Positions 18,435-27,794 of a DNA stretch of 64,000 bases are shown piece after piece. This DNA comes from Shigella phage Sf21: the sequence record MF327007. One strand, given 5' to 3'. Positions within the stretch are counted from its first letter, which is position 1; each line of letters starts with the position of its first letter. The notes beneath the pieces are model-generated. The model was given only the letters and a program-made list of their open reading frames with translations, searched no databases and was not told where the DNA came from. The position numbers were made by a program, and so were the translations under genes.

Positions 18435-19403
18435 TTATTTCAGAAGAGTAACCTCAGCGATTTCTTCCCAACCGTTTTTGTCGGTCATAATAAAGTCAGC
18501 AAGATAAAGAGCAGTACGCAGTGAAACATTGCGTAAACGATTAACATTGACTTTCATCCATGATAATGCTTTATAAGTTTCTTCATCAGAAAGACCGCGT
18601 TTTTGCATCATGTCAGTTGAAAGAATAACATCTTCAACCCTGACCATAATTTCTTCATTAGTGTGAACACCCAAATCTAAATAAACTGAGCGGGACACTA
18701 ATGCTTGTAAATGTGGAGCAAGTTTAGTACCACGGTCTAATTCGCGGTCAATATCAACGTTTGTGATAAAAACAATCGTTCCTTTAAATTCAAACTCACG
18801 CTCAATGCCTTTTTCTTCTAAGTAAGAAGATGCGGTGCTCCAGCAGACTTTACGGGTCTCTCCAGTGTCCAGAGCAGCTTTCAGAAGATTAAGAATGTCC
18901 ATATCAGAGAAAACATCCACATCATCAATCAAAAGGACAGAATTCTCTTCACGATTATTCCAAAGCTGTTCATAAAGACCGATACCAGAGATTTTACCAT
19001 TAATGCTTTTATACTCAATGTATCCAATGTCATTTGCTTTATTTAAAGCTTTATCTAAAGAATACGTTTTACCAATACCCGCCGCACCAGAGATAATTAA
19101 TGAACGAATGTTTCCGTTAATAATACCATTCGTCATCATTCCCATAACATTAAATCTTTTATTAATGCGGGTTTTCATATCTTCATATGATTCTTTAACT
19201 TCTTCAACTTTTACACCATCATATGAAATGTCTGATTTGTAAACCCAAACACCGCGACGCTTACCGTCAATTTCAACAAAAACTTTACCATCTCCTTGTG
19301 CATCTACCGGAGCATTATCTGGGAACCATTCACCTAAGAGCTCAAAAGTTCCAGAGATTTCTTTACCGAAGTAGATACCCTTATTGATAGTTACAGTTTT
19401 CAT
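18435..19403 (-). CDS. P-loop NTPase (AAA-like ATPase), unknown function
   Basis: Walker A GAAGIGKTYS and Walker B VLLIDDVD; start set at MKTVTINKG, preceded by SD and an early promoter. Confidence 0.7.
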   Translation of the reverse strand: MKTVTINKGIYFGKEISGTFELLGEWFPDNAPVDAQGDGKVFVEIDGKRRGVWVYKSDISYDGVKVEEVKESYEDMKTRINKRFNVMGMMTNGIINGNIRSLIISGAAGIGKTYSLDKALNKANDIGYIEYKSINGKISGIGLYEQLWNNREENSVLLIDDVDVFSDMDILNLLKAALDTGETRKVCWSTASSYLEEKGIEREFEFKGTIVFITNVDIDRELDRGTKLAPHLQALVSRSVYLDLGVHTNEEIMVRVEDVILSTDMMQKRGLSDEETYKALSWMKVNVNRLRNVSLRTALYLADFIMTDKNGWEEIAEVTLLK

Positions 19404-19438
19404 TTTATTCTCCAAATCCGTATCAGTTGATAGTTGTA

Positions 19439-19468
19439 TAGTACCATAAAGCTTTATGCTTGTAAACC
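19439..19468 (-). promoter_or_regulatory. Early promoter (GTTTAC -35, 18-bp spacer, TACTAT -10)
   Basis: Same architecture; drives the ATPase gene 18435-19403. Confidence 0.65.
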
Positions 19469-19491
19469 GTTTTGTGAAAAAATTTTGAAAT

Positions 19492-19517
19492 AAAAAAAGG
19501 GAGCCCGAAGGCTCCCT
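19492..19517 (-). terminator. UUCG-tetraloop terminator (minus strand)
   Basis: Minus strand GGGAGCC-UUCG-GGCUCCC followed by seven U. Confidence 0.75.
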
Positions 19518-19518
19518 A

Positions 19519-20532
19519 TCATTTATAATAACTTCGGTGGTTTTCAAGATAAACCCTCTCAAGGAAGTCATCCCAGAAACCCATGTCTACTTTTTGCTGC
19601 ATACCGTTCTTAGAAGCTTCAATGGATGCTGCTTCTACTTGATCGACCACATCTTCCAAAAACTCTTGAACCGTTTTAAATGGATGTTTACCCAACTTCA
19701 CGTCGAGAATAAATGGAGCGTCTTGAAGTGGATAGACTAAGTCACCAGTTTTGTAAATTTCCAATAGTTGGAGTCCACCACGACAAGCATGACTCAGAGC
19801 TTTCCAGTCAATGCCTTCATTGGCTTCAGCCTTACGAGCGCGTTCACCATATTCAGCATCTAATTTGTTCAGTGACTGCTTAAGCTCAATAAGAGAAAGA
19901 GTTGTCTGATATTTACGACCCAACACAGTGTAGAACGTTTGTGGGCCTGTTTTCTCATGATTATGGAACACCCATTCACAGAATTCGTTTTCTGGAAGAC
20001 GATGCTTAATATCTTCAACTTTAGTACGACGCTGCTTAATGGAACCGTCTTCTTGGTAATCAACCCATTGCTCAGGGATTTGATTAACTACTTTCAATAC
20101 ATCACGTAATGCAGCCAAACGAGAACCCTTGACGCCGTATTTAGAAGCTTGCTTGCGGACATATCCTAAATATGATTTCATGTTAGTCGTATAAAAACGA
20201 GAACGGTTGTCTTGAATAAACTTCCACACATCAGGCAAATCAGATTTAACCACTAGTTCAGGTGGAGTGTGAAGCATATCTAATGCTACAGTTTCACCAT
20301 CTGCTGCTAATTTAAAGAAATATTTAAGACTGTATAGTTCATGGTCAATATCATCTTTAGTGTTTTTAGATGATGTGTTGTTAGTGTTTTTACTCATGTG
20401 CTCTTTAACATTTCCAATAAGAATATCACGAGCAGGAGGAACAAAGATTTCTTTAAAATCTACATCAGATTCTGGGGTAGAAGTTCCATAAAGATGACTA
20501 CCAAAATAGCTTTTCATTACTGTTTTCATCAT
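19519..20532 (-). CDS. Predicted nucleotidyltransferase-fold protein (337 aa)
   Basis: GS-x9-SDVD motif (GSHLYGTSTPESDVDF) typical of Pol-beta superfamily nucleotidyltransferases; followed by a UUCG hairpin with U-run. Confidence 0.6.
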   Translation of the reverse strand: MMKTVMKSYFGSHLYGTSTPESDVDFKEIFVPPARDILIGNVKEHMSKNTNNTSSKNTKDDIDHELYSLKYFFKLAADGETVALDMLHTPPELVVKSDLPDVWKFIQDNRSRFYTTNMKSYLGYVRKQASKYGVKGSRLAALRDVLKVVNQIPEQWVDYQEDGSIKQRRTKVEDIKHRLPENEFCEWVFHNHEKTGPQTFYTVLGRKYQTTLSLIELKQSLNKLDAEYGERARKAEANEGIDWKALSHACRGGLQLLEIYKTGDLVYPLQDAPFILDVKLGKHPFKTVQEFLEDVVDQVEAASIEASKNGMQQKVDMGFWDDFLERVYLENHRSYYK

Positions 20533-20990
20533 TCAGCCTTATATTCAATAACAGGACATACTTTAGCTTTACGCGCTTTTAAAAATTCGACGATAATAGA
20601 TTTCTTGGGTTGAATAGGAGGTAAACCTTTATACGCCCTATCAATATTTTCTACATGTAAAGCATAATCCTTTTTCCATTTATAATCTTTATATTTTTCA
20701 TGCAGTTGTGCAGGAATAACAAATGAACCAATAATAAGTAAAATAAGCAAAATGGCAAGTATAAATGCTGATGGAATAAGAGTCCATAAACTACCAAAAA
20801 TAAACCATTTCTGTATGATTTCTGCACAGATAATAGTTAGACCTGCGAGTATAGTACATCCGAAAAAAGAAACGAAAAATGTAGGGATAACAATAGACCA
20901 AAAGTATGCACACAGTGTCTTAGGTCGTTTCCATTCGTCGTTAAACAGTTTGAATAATTTATAGTGCCAAGAGTTTTCATTAATAATCAT
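20529..20990 (-). CDS. Membrane protein (153 aa)
   Basis: Three predicted transmembrane helices. Confidence 0.6.
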   Translation of the reverse strand: MIINENSWHYKLFKLFNDEWKRPKTLCAYFWSIVIPTFFVSFFGCTILAGLTIICAEIIQKWFIFGSLWTLIPSAFILAILLILLIIGSFVIPAQLHEKYKDYKWKKDYALHVENIDRAYKGLPPIQPKKSIIVEFLKARKAKVCPVIEYKAE

Positions 20991-20992
20991 AA

Positions 20993-21514
20993 TTATCCTT
21001 TCATTGAAGGTGTAACAGTTGTTAAATACTTAATCATAGCTTCAGCTTCTGATTTTGATAATGAAATTTCTTCATTGTTTTGACGAATAGAAATAAAATC
21101 CGGATGACGGTCACCACCAGCTTTTAAAACACACATATAAGTATCAGTTTCATCTTCAATATCTGAAATGATTGAAGCAGTTCCACATGAATGTGGTTTT
21201 TGATAAATCAATACAGCTTTTCTTCCACCGTTTGACTGTTCATAAACTTTTAACACATCAAACAAATCGCTTCTTTTATCAATAGCTAAGATGTTGTTTT
21301 CATCTTCAATATTAAATCCTTCGGATACTTCATAAAGTGTCACCCATAAATCACCAATATCAATAACAGCGTTCACTTTTCCATGACTTTCAAGAGCATT
21401 ACAAATTTTCTTAATTTCATCATAACTCATTTTAATAATATCATCTCCTTGAATAAGGAAGATGTCATTTTTAAATTCAACACGAATTAAACCACTTCCA
21501 CTTGAAATAAACAT
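20993..21514 (-). CDS. Hypothetical protein (173 aa), paralog of the adjacent ORF
   Basis: Shares C-terminal block (AEAMIKYLTTVTPSM vs AIALKTYLDSVIPTM) with 21521-22078. Confidence 0.6.
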   Translation of the reverse strand: MFISSGSGLIRVEFKNDIFLIQGDDIIKMSYDEIKKICNALESHGKVNAVIDIGDLWVTLYEVSEGFNIEDENNILAIDKRSDLFDVLKVYEQSNGGRKAVLIYQKPHSCGTASIISDIEDETDTYMCVLKAGGDRHPDFISIRQNNEEISLSKSEAEAMIKYLTTVTPSMKG

Positions 21515-21520
21515 ATTTCC

Positions 21521-22078
21521 TCACTTTGAAATCATAGTTGGAATGACAGAATCGAGATAAGTCTTTAGCGCAATAGCTTCGTCTTTGGTAAATGTGACAA
21601 TATACGATCGAAAATCATCAATTTGACGAATAGTTAAGACATCACCATCTTCATAGCATTTTGATACGTTTAAAACAGTTTCATCATTCTGATTGCAAGC
21701 GTTAGTAATAATAGCATTGCAATTTTTGAGCCATTTTAAACTATGTTTTCTTTCATTAGAATAATAAAAATATTTAATCTTATCTATAAAACTATCCCAA
21801 TGGATAACTGATAAACACATTGACTCACTTTTAATATTAAATCCTGGGCATGAAGAATAAAAATGAATTTTGTGCTCATCATTGATGCTTACTATTTTAT
21901 CAGTATAAGGATATTCAATTTGGGTTAAATGAATGATTTCACTAGGCGTAAAATATAGCATATCGTCTTCTTGTGTCAAACGATACATATTATTTACTTT
22001 TTCTATAGCTAATTCACCAAAAAGCGGACTAACTTCTAATACTAATCGTTTCATATTGATTCTCTTCGACTCACCCAC
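21521..22078 (-). CDS. Hypothetical protein (185 aa), paralog of the adjacent ORF
   Basis: Shares C-terminal block with 20993-21514; upstream early promoter overlapped by a palindrome. Confidence 0.6.
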   Translation of the reverse strand: MGESKRINMKRLVLEVSPLFGELAIEKVNNMYRLTQEDDMLYFTPSEIIHLTQIEYPYTDKIVSINDEHKIHFYSSCPGFNIKSESMCLSVIHWDSFIDKIKYFYYSNERKHSLKWLKNCNAIITNACNQNDETVLNVSKCYEDGDVLTIRQIDDFRSYIVTFTKDEAIALKTYLDSVIPTMISK

Positions 22079-22200
22079 AATTACATACTCCTTTGAATAA
22101 TATCAATAATGTTGTTCACCAGATTATAAGTAAACATTGGATAATTATATTGAATCATCACATACACAACAAACAAAACTTTCATTCTCTTCTCCTTGGC

Positions 22201-22245
22201 AGTTGACAAGATTACTATATCATAATCTTGTCAACTTGTAAACCA
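22201..22245 (-). promoter_or_regulatory. Early-type promoter overlapped by a 13-bp perfect inverted repeat
   Basis: Minus strand GTTTAC, 18 nt, TATAGT; AGTTGACAAGATT-N10-AATCTTGTCAACT (22201-22236) covers spacer and -10. Confidence 0.55.
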
Positions 22246-22419
22246 TTAAATGACGTTTTCAATAAAATTCTGAAGCTTTGTGTGAGCATCAACCATGATT
22301 TTCATTTCTTCCTTTGCGAAAGCTGTACCTCTTTCTCGAGCAGAATACTCATAGTCAGAAACTGCATTAGCATATTCTTCAATTAGCTTCATTAAAAACA
22401 TCTGCTTTTCAGTTTTCAT
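22246..22419 (-). CDS. Small hypothetical protein (57 aa)
   Basis: ORF found by manual translation (MKTEKQMFLMKLIEEYANAVSDYEYSARERG...). Confidence 0.3.
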   Translation of the reverse strand: MKTEKQMFLMKLIEEYANAVSDYEYSARERGTAFAKEEMKIMVDAHTKLQNFIENVI

Positions 22420-22603
22420 TATTCCACCTAATCATTTCAAGATATTGAACTAACTTAGTTTTGGATTTATCCAAATCCTTTTTAGCTGCTTCTATACCAT
22501 CGTATGAGTATCCTTCACAATGCTCAACTGCTAATTGGTATGAATCTATTTCAATATCACGTGCTAATTTAATGATTTTTTCAAACTGTTCACTTGTCAG
22601 CAT
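22409..22603 (-). CDS. Hypothetical protein (64 aa)
   Basis: ORF on gene strand. Confidence 0.5.
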   Translation of the reverse strand: MLTSEQFEKIIKLARDIEIDSYQLAVEHCEGYSYDGIEAAKKDLDKSKTKLVQYLEMIRWNNEN

Positions 22604-22605
22604 AC

Positions 22606-22845
22606 TTAAACTCTCGTATTATGATCGATAATTTCATCAAGAAACATATCTAAAGCTTCTAAAGCATTATCAACTTTAGCTTCAAGTTCTTCAGCGCCTT
22701 TATTTGCAATGCCTGCCGAAAACCAAGCAAAGTCACTAAGTTCCTCATCTGCTTTACGAATTAAAGCTACCAATTCCTTAATTTTATCAGCTTGTTCGAT
22801 ACTAATCATTATTCCACCACATATGAAAGAGAGAATATTGCACAC
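22606..22845 (-). CDS. Hypothetical protein (79 aa)
   Basis: ORF on gene strand. Confidence 0.5.
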
Positions 22846-22997
22846 GCCATGTGAGTTGCAACTTCATCACACATATTATAACGTTTCTTAAGAAGTTCTA
22901 CAAGTTCTTCACTAGTAACTTCATCCATGTCGACGAAAAAATCACCATTAATGATGACGTAGATATTTCCTTCTTGATTGAGTGCTTCAATTTTCAT
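22809..22997 (-). CDS. Hypothetical protein (62 aa)
   Basis: Start set at MKIEALNQ, preceded by SD and an early promoter (ORF track extends to 23144). Confidence 0.5.
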
Positions 22998-23025
22998 GAT
23001 GTTCTCCTCTTTATCCGATAGTTGT

Positions 23026-23055
23026 ATAGTATCACAGCTCAAACGGAAAGTAAAC
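23026..23055 (-). promoter_or_regulatory. Early promoter (GTTTAC -35, 18-bp spacer, TACTAT -10)
   Basis: Same architecture; drives 22809-22997. Confidence 0.6.
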
Positions 23056-23064
23056 CGGTAAAAT

Positions 23065-23087
23065 GAAAAAGTCTCCCGAAGGAGACT
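23065..23087 (-). terminator. UUCG-tetraloop terminator (minus strand)
   Basis: Minus strand AGUCUCC-UUCG-GGAGACU followed by UUUUU. Confidence 0.65.
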
Positions 23088-23091
23088 AATG

Positions 23092-23478
23092 TTATTCGAG
23101 GGAAAGAAGATATTTACTCTGGTAAAACATCCCAGTAATATCATCTATCGTGCTTTGAATGGCTGGAGGCATTTCTTTATAAATGCTGTTAGATTGGTCT
23201 AGTATGCGATCAATCATTTTAATTGTGTCGGTAGGAAGTTTACTGGCATCTGGAATAGAAGGCGTGTATTTTCTACCAGAATACCCCAAATATTGCTCAC
23301 CAAATTTATCAATCAAATCTGGCAACTCAGAGAAAATAAAATCGTATGCTTTGTGTCTAGCATAACTTTTAGTTTCAAAATGCGCAGAATGAAAATAAGC
23401 TTGTGCAGCCATTAATAAACCTAAGTATTCATCTGCCTTTGAAGGTTTTCCACTTTGTGAAAAGTCGCTGAATTTCAT
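23092..23478 (-). CDS. Hypothetical protein (128 aa)
   Basis: ORF followed by a UUCG hairpin terminator. Confidence 0.55.
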
Positions 23479-23768
23479 TCAGTCTCCAATTTAATGTTCA
23501 TAATTCTAGCGTATGATTGCGCCATCTCCGCGCCTCGCTCTATACATTCAAAATCGGAAGAGCACGGGTCATTTTTATAAGTCGTTCGCATAAAACTATA
23601 GAACTGTTCAGATGATTCTACGCTTTTATTTTCAAAAAGCATATAAACGTGTCTAATACCAGATTCCATAAATTTATCAAAATGAGGATCGACATTCGCT
23701 TCAATTGGTGGAGATAAAGCAAACGCTAATCCTAGCATGGCAAATAGTGCCGTTGCTTTTAAGGCCAT
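23475..23768 (-). CDS. rI: Lysis inhibition regulator RI (secreted antiholin)
   Basis: 97 aa; signal peptide MALKATALFAMLGLAFALSPPIEA; recognised as T4 RI; upstream of tk. Confidence 0.88.
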   Translation of the reverse strand: MALKATALFAMLGLAFALSPPIEANVDPHFDKFMESGIRHVYMLFENKSVESSEQFYSFMRTTYKNDPCSSDFECIERGAEMAQSYARIMNIKLETE

Positions 23769-23780
23769 AAAGGCCTCCTA

Positions 23781-23993
23781 TCATTTTTGTCCTGTATTTA
23801 CTTTATGCCGATGCACGGCCTTAACTTTATCAAGGTATTTTTCAAAATTTCGCAATCTAGTATAGTCTGCCGGAGATTGGTTGAGTGATACTTCTCGACG
23901 CAAAGCTGAAATGATATTTCCAACTTCCCTACGAATTTCATCTAATTGAAGAACAGTAAGATTGCGAAGTTGCTTTTCAGTTAATTGTAGCAT
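23781..23993 (-). CDS. Hypothetical protein (70 aa)
   Basis: ORF on gene strand. Confidence 0.5.
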
Positions 23994-24035
23994 ATATACC
24001 CCTTTAGTTAGATAAACCTATTTATAACTTTTGCA

Positions 24036-24617
24036 CTAACCGAGCTTTTTAGTTAATTCATTCCAATGTTTTCTACACAAAGAAACATAAATTTCATCAC
24101 CAATACAGATTTGATTACCTTCTTTAACTGGTGTTCCATCTTCCATTAATCGAGCTGTCATAATAGCTTTTTTACCACAATGACAAACTGCCTTTAGTTC
24201 AATAAGTTTATCTGCAATCGCCAAAAGTTCTTTAGAACCTTCAAATAATTTTCCAGCGAAATCAGTCCTTAGCCCATAAGCCATAACAGGAACATTATAT
24301 GTATCAACAATTCGACTTAATTGATGCACCTGTTCAGTTTTTAAAAACTGAGCTTCATCTACAAATACACAATGAATATCTTTTTGTGCTTCAGCCCATT
24401 TATAGAACTCAAAAATATCCATATCATCCGTAATAATATTCGCTTCCTGCTTAATTCCAATGCGAGAAACGACTTCACAGACAGAATCGCGAGTATCAAT
24501 AGCAGGCTTAAGAACTAATACACCCATTCCGCGTTCTTTATAATTATGTGCAGCAGTCAAAAGAGAAGCAGATTTTCCAGCATTCATTGCTGCGTAAGTA
24601 AAAATTAAACTCGCCAT
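24036..24617 (-). CDS. tk: Thymidine kinase
   Basis: 193 aa; P-loop AAMNAGKS and C-terminal zinc cysteines CHCGKKA...CRKHW. Confidence 0.93.
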   Translation of the reverse strand: MASLIFTYAAMNAGKSASLLTAAHNYKERGMGVLVLKPAIDTRDSVCEVVSRIGIKQEANIITDDMDIFEFYKWAEAQKDIHCVFVDEAQFLKTEQVHQLSRIVDTYNVPVMAYGLRTDFAGKLFEGSKELLAIADKLIELKAVCHCGKKAIMTARLMEDGTPVKEGNQICIGDEIYVSLCRKHWNELTKKLG

Positions 24618-24626
24618 ATCACCTTC

Positions 24627-24812
24627 TTAAAGCATATTCACATAAGCTATTAATTCGTTTTCTTTCTTATCAAACCGATCAGCAAATTCTTCTTGCTGAT
24701 CGGGAGATAGCGGGCCGTATTCATCATAAAAGGTGTTTGCTTCTGTATGCTCATCTAGAAGTTCATGGATAAGCTCAAACAATTTATCTTTTTGTTCTTT
24801 ACTCAGACTCAT
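24627..24812 (-). CDS. Hypothetical acidic protein (61 aa)
   Basis: ORF on gene strand. Confidence 0.5.
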   Translation of the reverse strand: MSLSKEQKDKLFELIHELLDEHTEANTFYDEYGPLSPDQQEEFADRFDKKENELIAYVNML

Positions 24813-24978
24813 ATATTAATTTCCAGGAGTTTTAAAATAATTCGCTTTTGCTTAAATATTTCCATAGTTAAATGACCAGTATCTTTTTGACCGATTCCAA
24901 TGGCAAAACCTTTATTGACAGCGAGTTCAATTAAATTATCAAGCTCACGTAACACTTCATATTGTAACTCAAAACTAT

Positions 24979-25206
24979 TCATTTCGGTTTACCTTCTTTA
25001 ACGAAATCAGGATAAGGATAAAATCCTGAATAAAATCCTTCACCTTTATGATTGATGCATCCTTTATTAGAACAATAGCACCAATAATCGAAATCACAAG
25101 CCATTTCATCATTACATAAAGCAAAAACAACTGGCCATTCACACTTTTCGCAGTGGGCATTTTTAAGAATACTAGTTTGGCTCATAACCATGTAACCTTT
25201 AAACAA
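24979..25206 (-). CDS. Cysteine-rich small protein (75 aa), possible zinc binding
   Basis: CEKCEW...CNDEMACDFDYWCYCSNKGC. Confidence 0.5.
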   Translation of the reverse strand: MFKGYMVMSQTSILKNAHCEKCEWPVVFALCNDEMACDFDYWCYCSNKGCINHKGEGFYSGFYPYPDFVKEGKPK

Positions 25207-25394
25207 TATTCTTCTACATGTTGTTTACGACCTTTCCTATCAATAAAGGTATATTCAACGAATGTTCCAATATAGTCTTTATCTACATCATGTGGACTAT
25301 TAATTGGGCATTTAGTACGGCAAATGCGTTCCCATTGACGAATAATTTCCACTTTGTTTTTAGGATCAAACGGATGCGGGTAATGTACTTTCAT
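25182..25394 (-). CDS. Hypothetical protein (70 aa)
   Basis: ORF on gene strand. Confidence 0.5.
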   Translation of the reverse strand: MKVHYPHPFDPKNKVEIIRQWERICRTKCPINSPHDVDKDYIGTFVEYTFIDRKGRKQHVEEYCLKVTWL

Positions 25395-25845
25395 AATCCA
25401 CCACTATTAAATCAATATCAGGAGTAAACATGTCGATTAATTTAGAAACCTTATCCCAATCGCCGCCAGCAATACCGCAACCTATGCGTGGAATGTAAAT
25501 TACTGGTTTAAACAAAAGGGTTTCTGCCTGTAGATTTAATTCTATCATGCAGTTTACTAAAGCACCATAATCAAGATTAGGACCCGGTTCGTATTGTGTA
25601 TACAGGTTATAGCATATACCAAATCCCGTAGGACTATGTTTAAAAACAATAGACATATCGCCTAATTTATCACGAGAACCGTACTCGGTAGTGGTTTTAT
25701 CTATTTCTAAAATTTTGGGATAGGCTCTTGCTAATTGACCCGCTACGCCAGAGCCCATTGTGTGGAAGCAATTGCACCCGTGCGCAATAATATTACCTTG
25801 AAGAAATAGGGCGACAATATCGCCCTTGATATATTTTACAATCAT
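25366..25845 (-). CDS. Macro-domain-like protein (possible ADP-ribose binding/processing)
   Basis: Gly-rich blocks QGNIIAHGCNC, MGSGVAGQLARAYP, IPRIGCGIAGGDW resemble macro-domain motifs. Confidence 0.55.
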   Translation of the reverse strand: MIVKYIKGDIVALFLQGNIIAHGCNCFHTMGSGVAGQLARAYPKILEIDKTTTEYGSRDKLGDMSIVFKHSPTGFGICYNLYTQYEPGPNLDYGALVNCMIELNLQAETLLFKPVIYIPRIGCGIAGGDWDKVSKLIDMFTPDIDLIVVDYESTLPASV

Positions 25846-26183
25846 CTAGTACTCAATCCTCGATTATAAGAATCTACTAAACGGTCAACCATTGAATGAC
25901 AAGCGGCTTTATCTTTCTCCTCCGCAACTGAACATTCTAAAGTATTCCACTTTTTAGCATATCGTTTTAACAATGTATCATTTTTATATCTGCTTGATTT
26001 ATCTCTTTCTCCGTCTTTATATGCATATATTAATTTCTGCGCAAATTCAGCTTGGCATGCTTTATTTTTCCCACAATAATCCGCGGCAGTACGGTTTACA
26101 TACTCTCTAATTTCAGTATATGATGTATCTGCTAACACAGAAAATGAAATTAATCCTATACATAAAACCAAAATTTTAGTCAT
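25842..26183 (-). CDS. Secreted small protein (113 aa)
   Basis: N-terminal signal peptide MTKILVLCIGLISFSVLA. Confidence 0.55.
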   Translation of the reverse strand: MTKILVLCIGLISFSVLADTSYTEIREYVNRTAADYCGKNKACQAEFAQKLIYAYKDGERDKSSRYKNDTLLKRYAKKWNTLECSVAEEKDKAACHSMVDRLVDSYNRGLSTR

Positions 26184-26721
26184 TTACTATTTCCAAAAGT
26201 TTATTATTTTTAAGGTAATTAGCCTTTTCTAGGACTTCAGAAGCATATTTAGAACCTGCTTTAACATTCCATCCCGAATTATAAGAGGATATCGCCTTTC
26301 TTATATCGCCCTTATGTATATTTAACCAATAAGAAAGTTCAATGTACGCCCAGGAAGCTGAATTGGACCGTTTATTCAACATTCTTTTTATTTCAGCATC
26401 GGTCATATTATAACCAAGTTCCTTAACTCTTGCTCGCATAGTAGGCAAATAATTTTGGAACATTCCATAGGCATGATGCTTTGGTTTAGATTTTAAATTA
26501 ACTCCGGCAGAGCTTTCTTGCCATAAAATAGCAGCCATTATATGACCTAATCCGCTCTTGTGGATATTTTTGTGTGTTTTATATTTTCCATCCTTAGAAA
26601 ATTGTTCCCCGAATTGATACGCGTAACGCATGTTATCGAGTTGGACATTACTGAAAGTATGCTCGGAGCTATGTGCCATCATTGAAATGGCCAATAGACC
26701 AGCGAGTAGTGCTTTTCTCAT
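26176..26721 (-). CDS. Secreted protein, possibly lytic-transglycosylase-like (181 aa)
   Basis: Signal peptide MRKALLAGLLAISMMAHS; ILWQESSAG block resembles a transglycosylase catalytic-Glu motif. Confidence 0.5.
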   Translation of the reverse strand: MRKALLAGLLAISMMAHSSEHTFSNVQLDNMRYAYQFGEQFSKDGKYKTHKNIHKSGLGHIMAAILWQESSAGVNLKSKPKHHAYGMFQNYLPTMRARVKELGYNMTDAEIKRMLNKRSNSASWAYIELSYWLNIHKGDIRKAISSYNSGWNVKAGSKYASEVLEKANYLKNNKLLEIVND

Positions 26722-26728
26722 GCTTACC

Positions 26729-27190
26729 TCATTGAGTTTTAATTACTGCTTTAGAAGCCTTTCCTGGTAAACGACGACTATTGATAATTGCCATCCTGCA
26801 CTGAAGCGACGGGTCTTTGAACTTCGCATTAGGTTTACAAACTGTAAATCCAAGCCAAAGATTTCCATCTGTGATTTCTAAACGTCCAGGACGGTATTCA
26901 ACCCCATCAATAAAATCCTCATCAATGTCAGGACGCGGAGGCATACTCAGGAATTCATTAACTTCTAAAACATGGTCTTTTATTTTGTGGAATAATTCAA
27001 AAACATATGTCTCATCAATCTCCCGTTGAATTGCACGATCAAGAAGATGCTGAGAATATTTTAGATGAAACGATGAGACCCCTGCTGCTTTTGATGCCTC
27101 ACGAATCTCATTGTTAATTTGACGAAACTCCGACTCAAAGTGACGACGAAGCTTATTTCGACGGATAAAAACTTCTGTGTTGATAGTCAT
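26729..27190 (-). CDS. regB: Site-specific endoribonuclease RegB
   Basis: 153 aa, MTINTEVFIRRNKLRRHFESEFRQ...; recognised as T4 RegB. Confidence 0.8.
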   Translation of the reverse strand: MTINTEVFIRRNKLRRHFESEFRQINNEIREASKAAGVSSFHLKYSQHLLDRAIQREIDETYVFELFHKIKDHVLEVNEFLSMPPRPDIDEDFIDGVEYRPGRLEITDGNLWLGFTVCKPNAKFKDPSLQCRMAIINSRRLPGKASKAVIKTQ

Positions 27191-27249
27191 GTTATTCTCC
27201 TCTTAACTGATAGAAAAATTATACCACAGTCAAGAGGAAAAGTAAACAG

Positions 27250-27570
27250 TTATTCTTTAAATCTAATCAATTTATTCATAGACTTTGAAACTTCTGCACG
27301 AACCTCGTGCAGATTTTTAAGCTGTTCAAGACGTTGCTCATAGTAAGCAATTTCATCTTCTTCGAGGCAGTCATGTGAATCTTCTTTAAGATAACGTGCA
27401 TAGTCCTGGAAAGCTTTACGGACTACTTCCTGGAAATCATCAAGACTTTGAATTTTCTTAGAAGCAATAGATACACGACGAGGGGCAGTATAATACTCAT
27501 AACCAAACCCTGCGCTTAATTGAGCCATTAATATTTTTCCTCTGGTTGGAACACAGCACGACAAGCCCAC
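27250..27570 (-). CDS. Hypothetical protein (106 aa)
   Basis: ORF preceded by an early-type promoter. Confidence 0.5.
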   Translation of the reverse strand: MGLSCCVPTRGKILMAQLSAGFGYEYYTAPRRVSIASKKIQSLDDFQEVVRKAFQDYARYLKEDSHDCLEEDEIAYYEQRLEQLKNLHEVRAEVSKSMNKLIRFKE

Positions 27571-27794
27571 ATACTAGCTTCTTTGAGTTTCGTTTTAGCA
27601 ATAGTTAACTGATCTAGGCTTTCAGCATAATTCTTTGCGAATTCGTAGTCTTCACAATTATCAAATGCTTCCCAGAATTCATCATATAAAGCGTCAAAGA
27701 TAAGTCCTAAACGAACTTCAGCATCTTTGATAGCATTCACTTTACTGATTTTATCGTCAGTATGTGGTTTATAACCTTTAATGTCTTCAATCAT
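27528..27794 (-). CDS. Hypothetical protein (88 aa)
   Basis: ORF on gene strand. Confidence 0.5.
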   Translation of the reverse strand: MIEDIKGYKPHTDDKISKVNAIKDAEVRLGLIFDALYDEFWEAFDNCEDYEFAKNYAESLDQLTIAKTKLKEASMWACRAVFQPEEKY

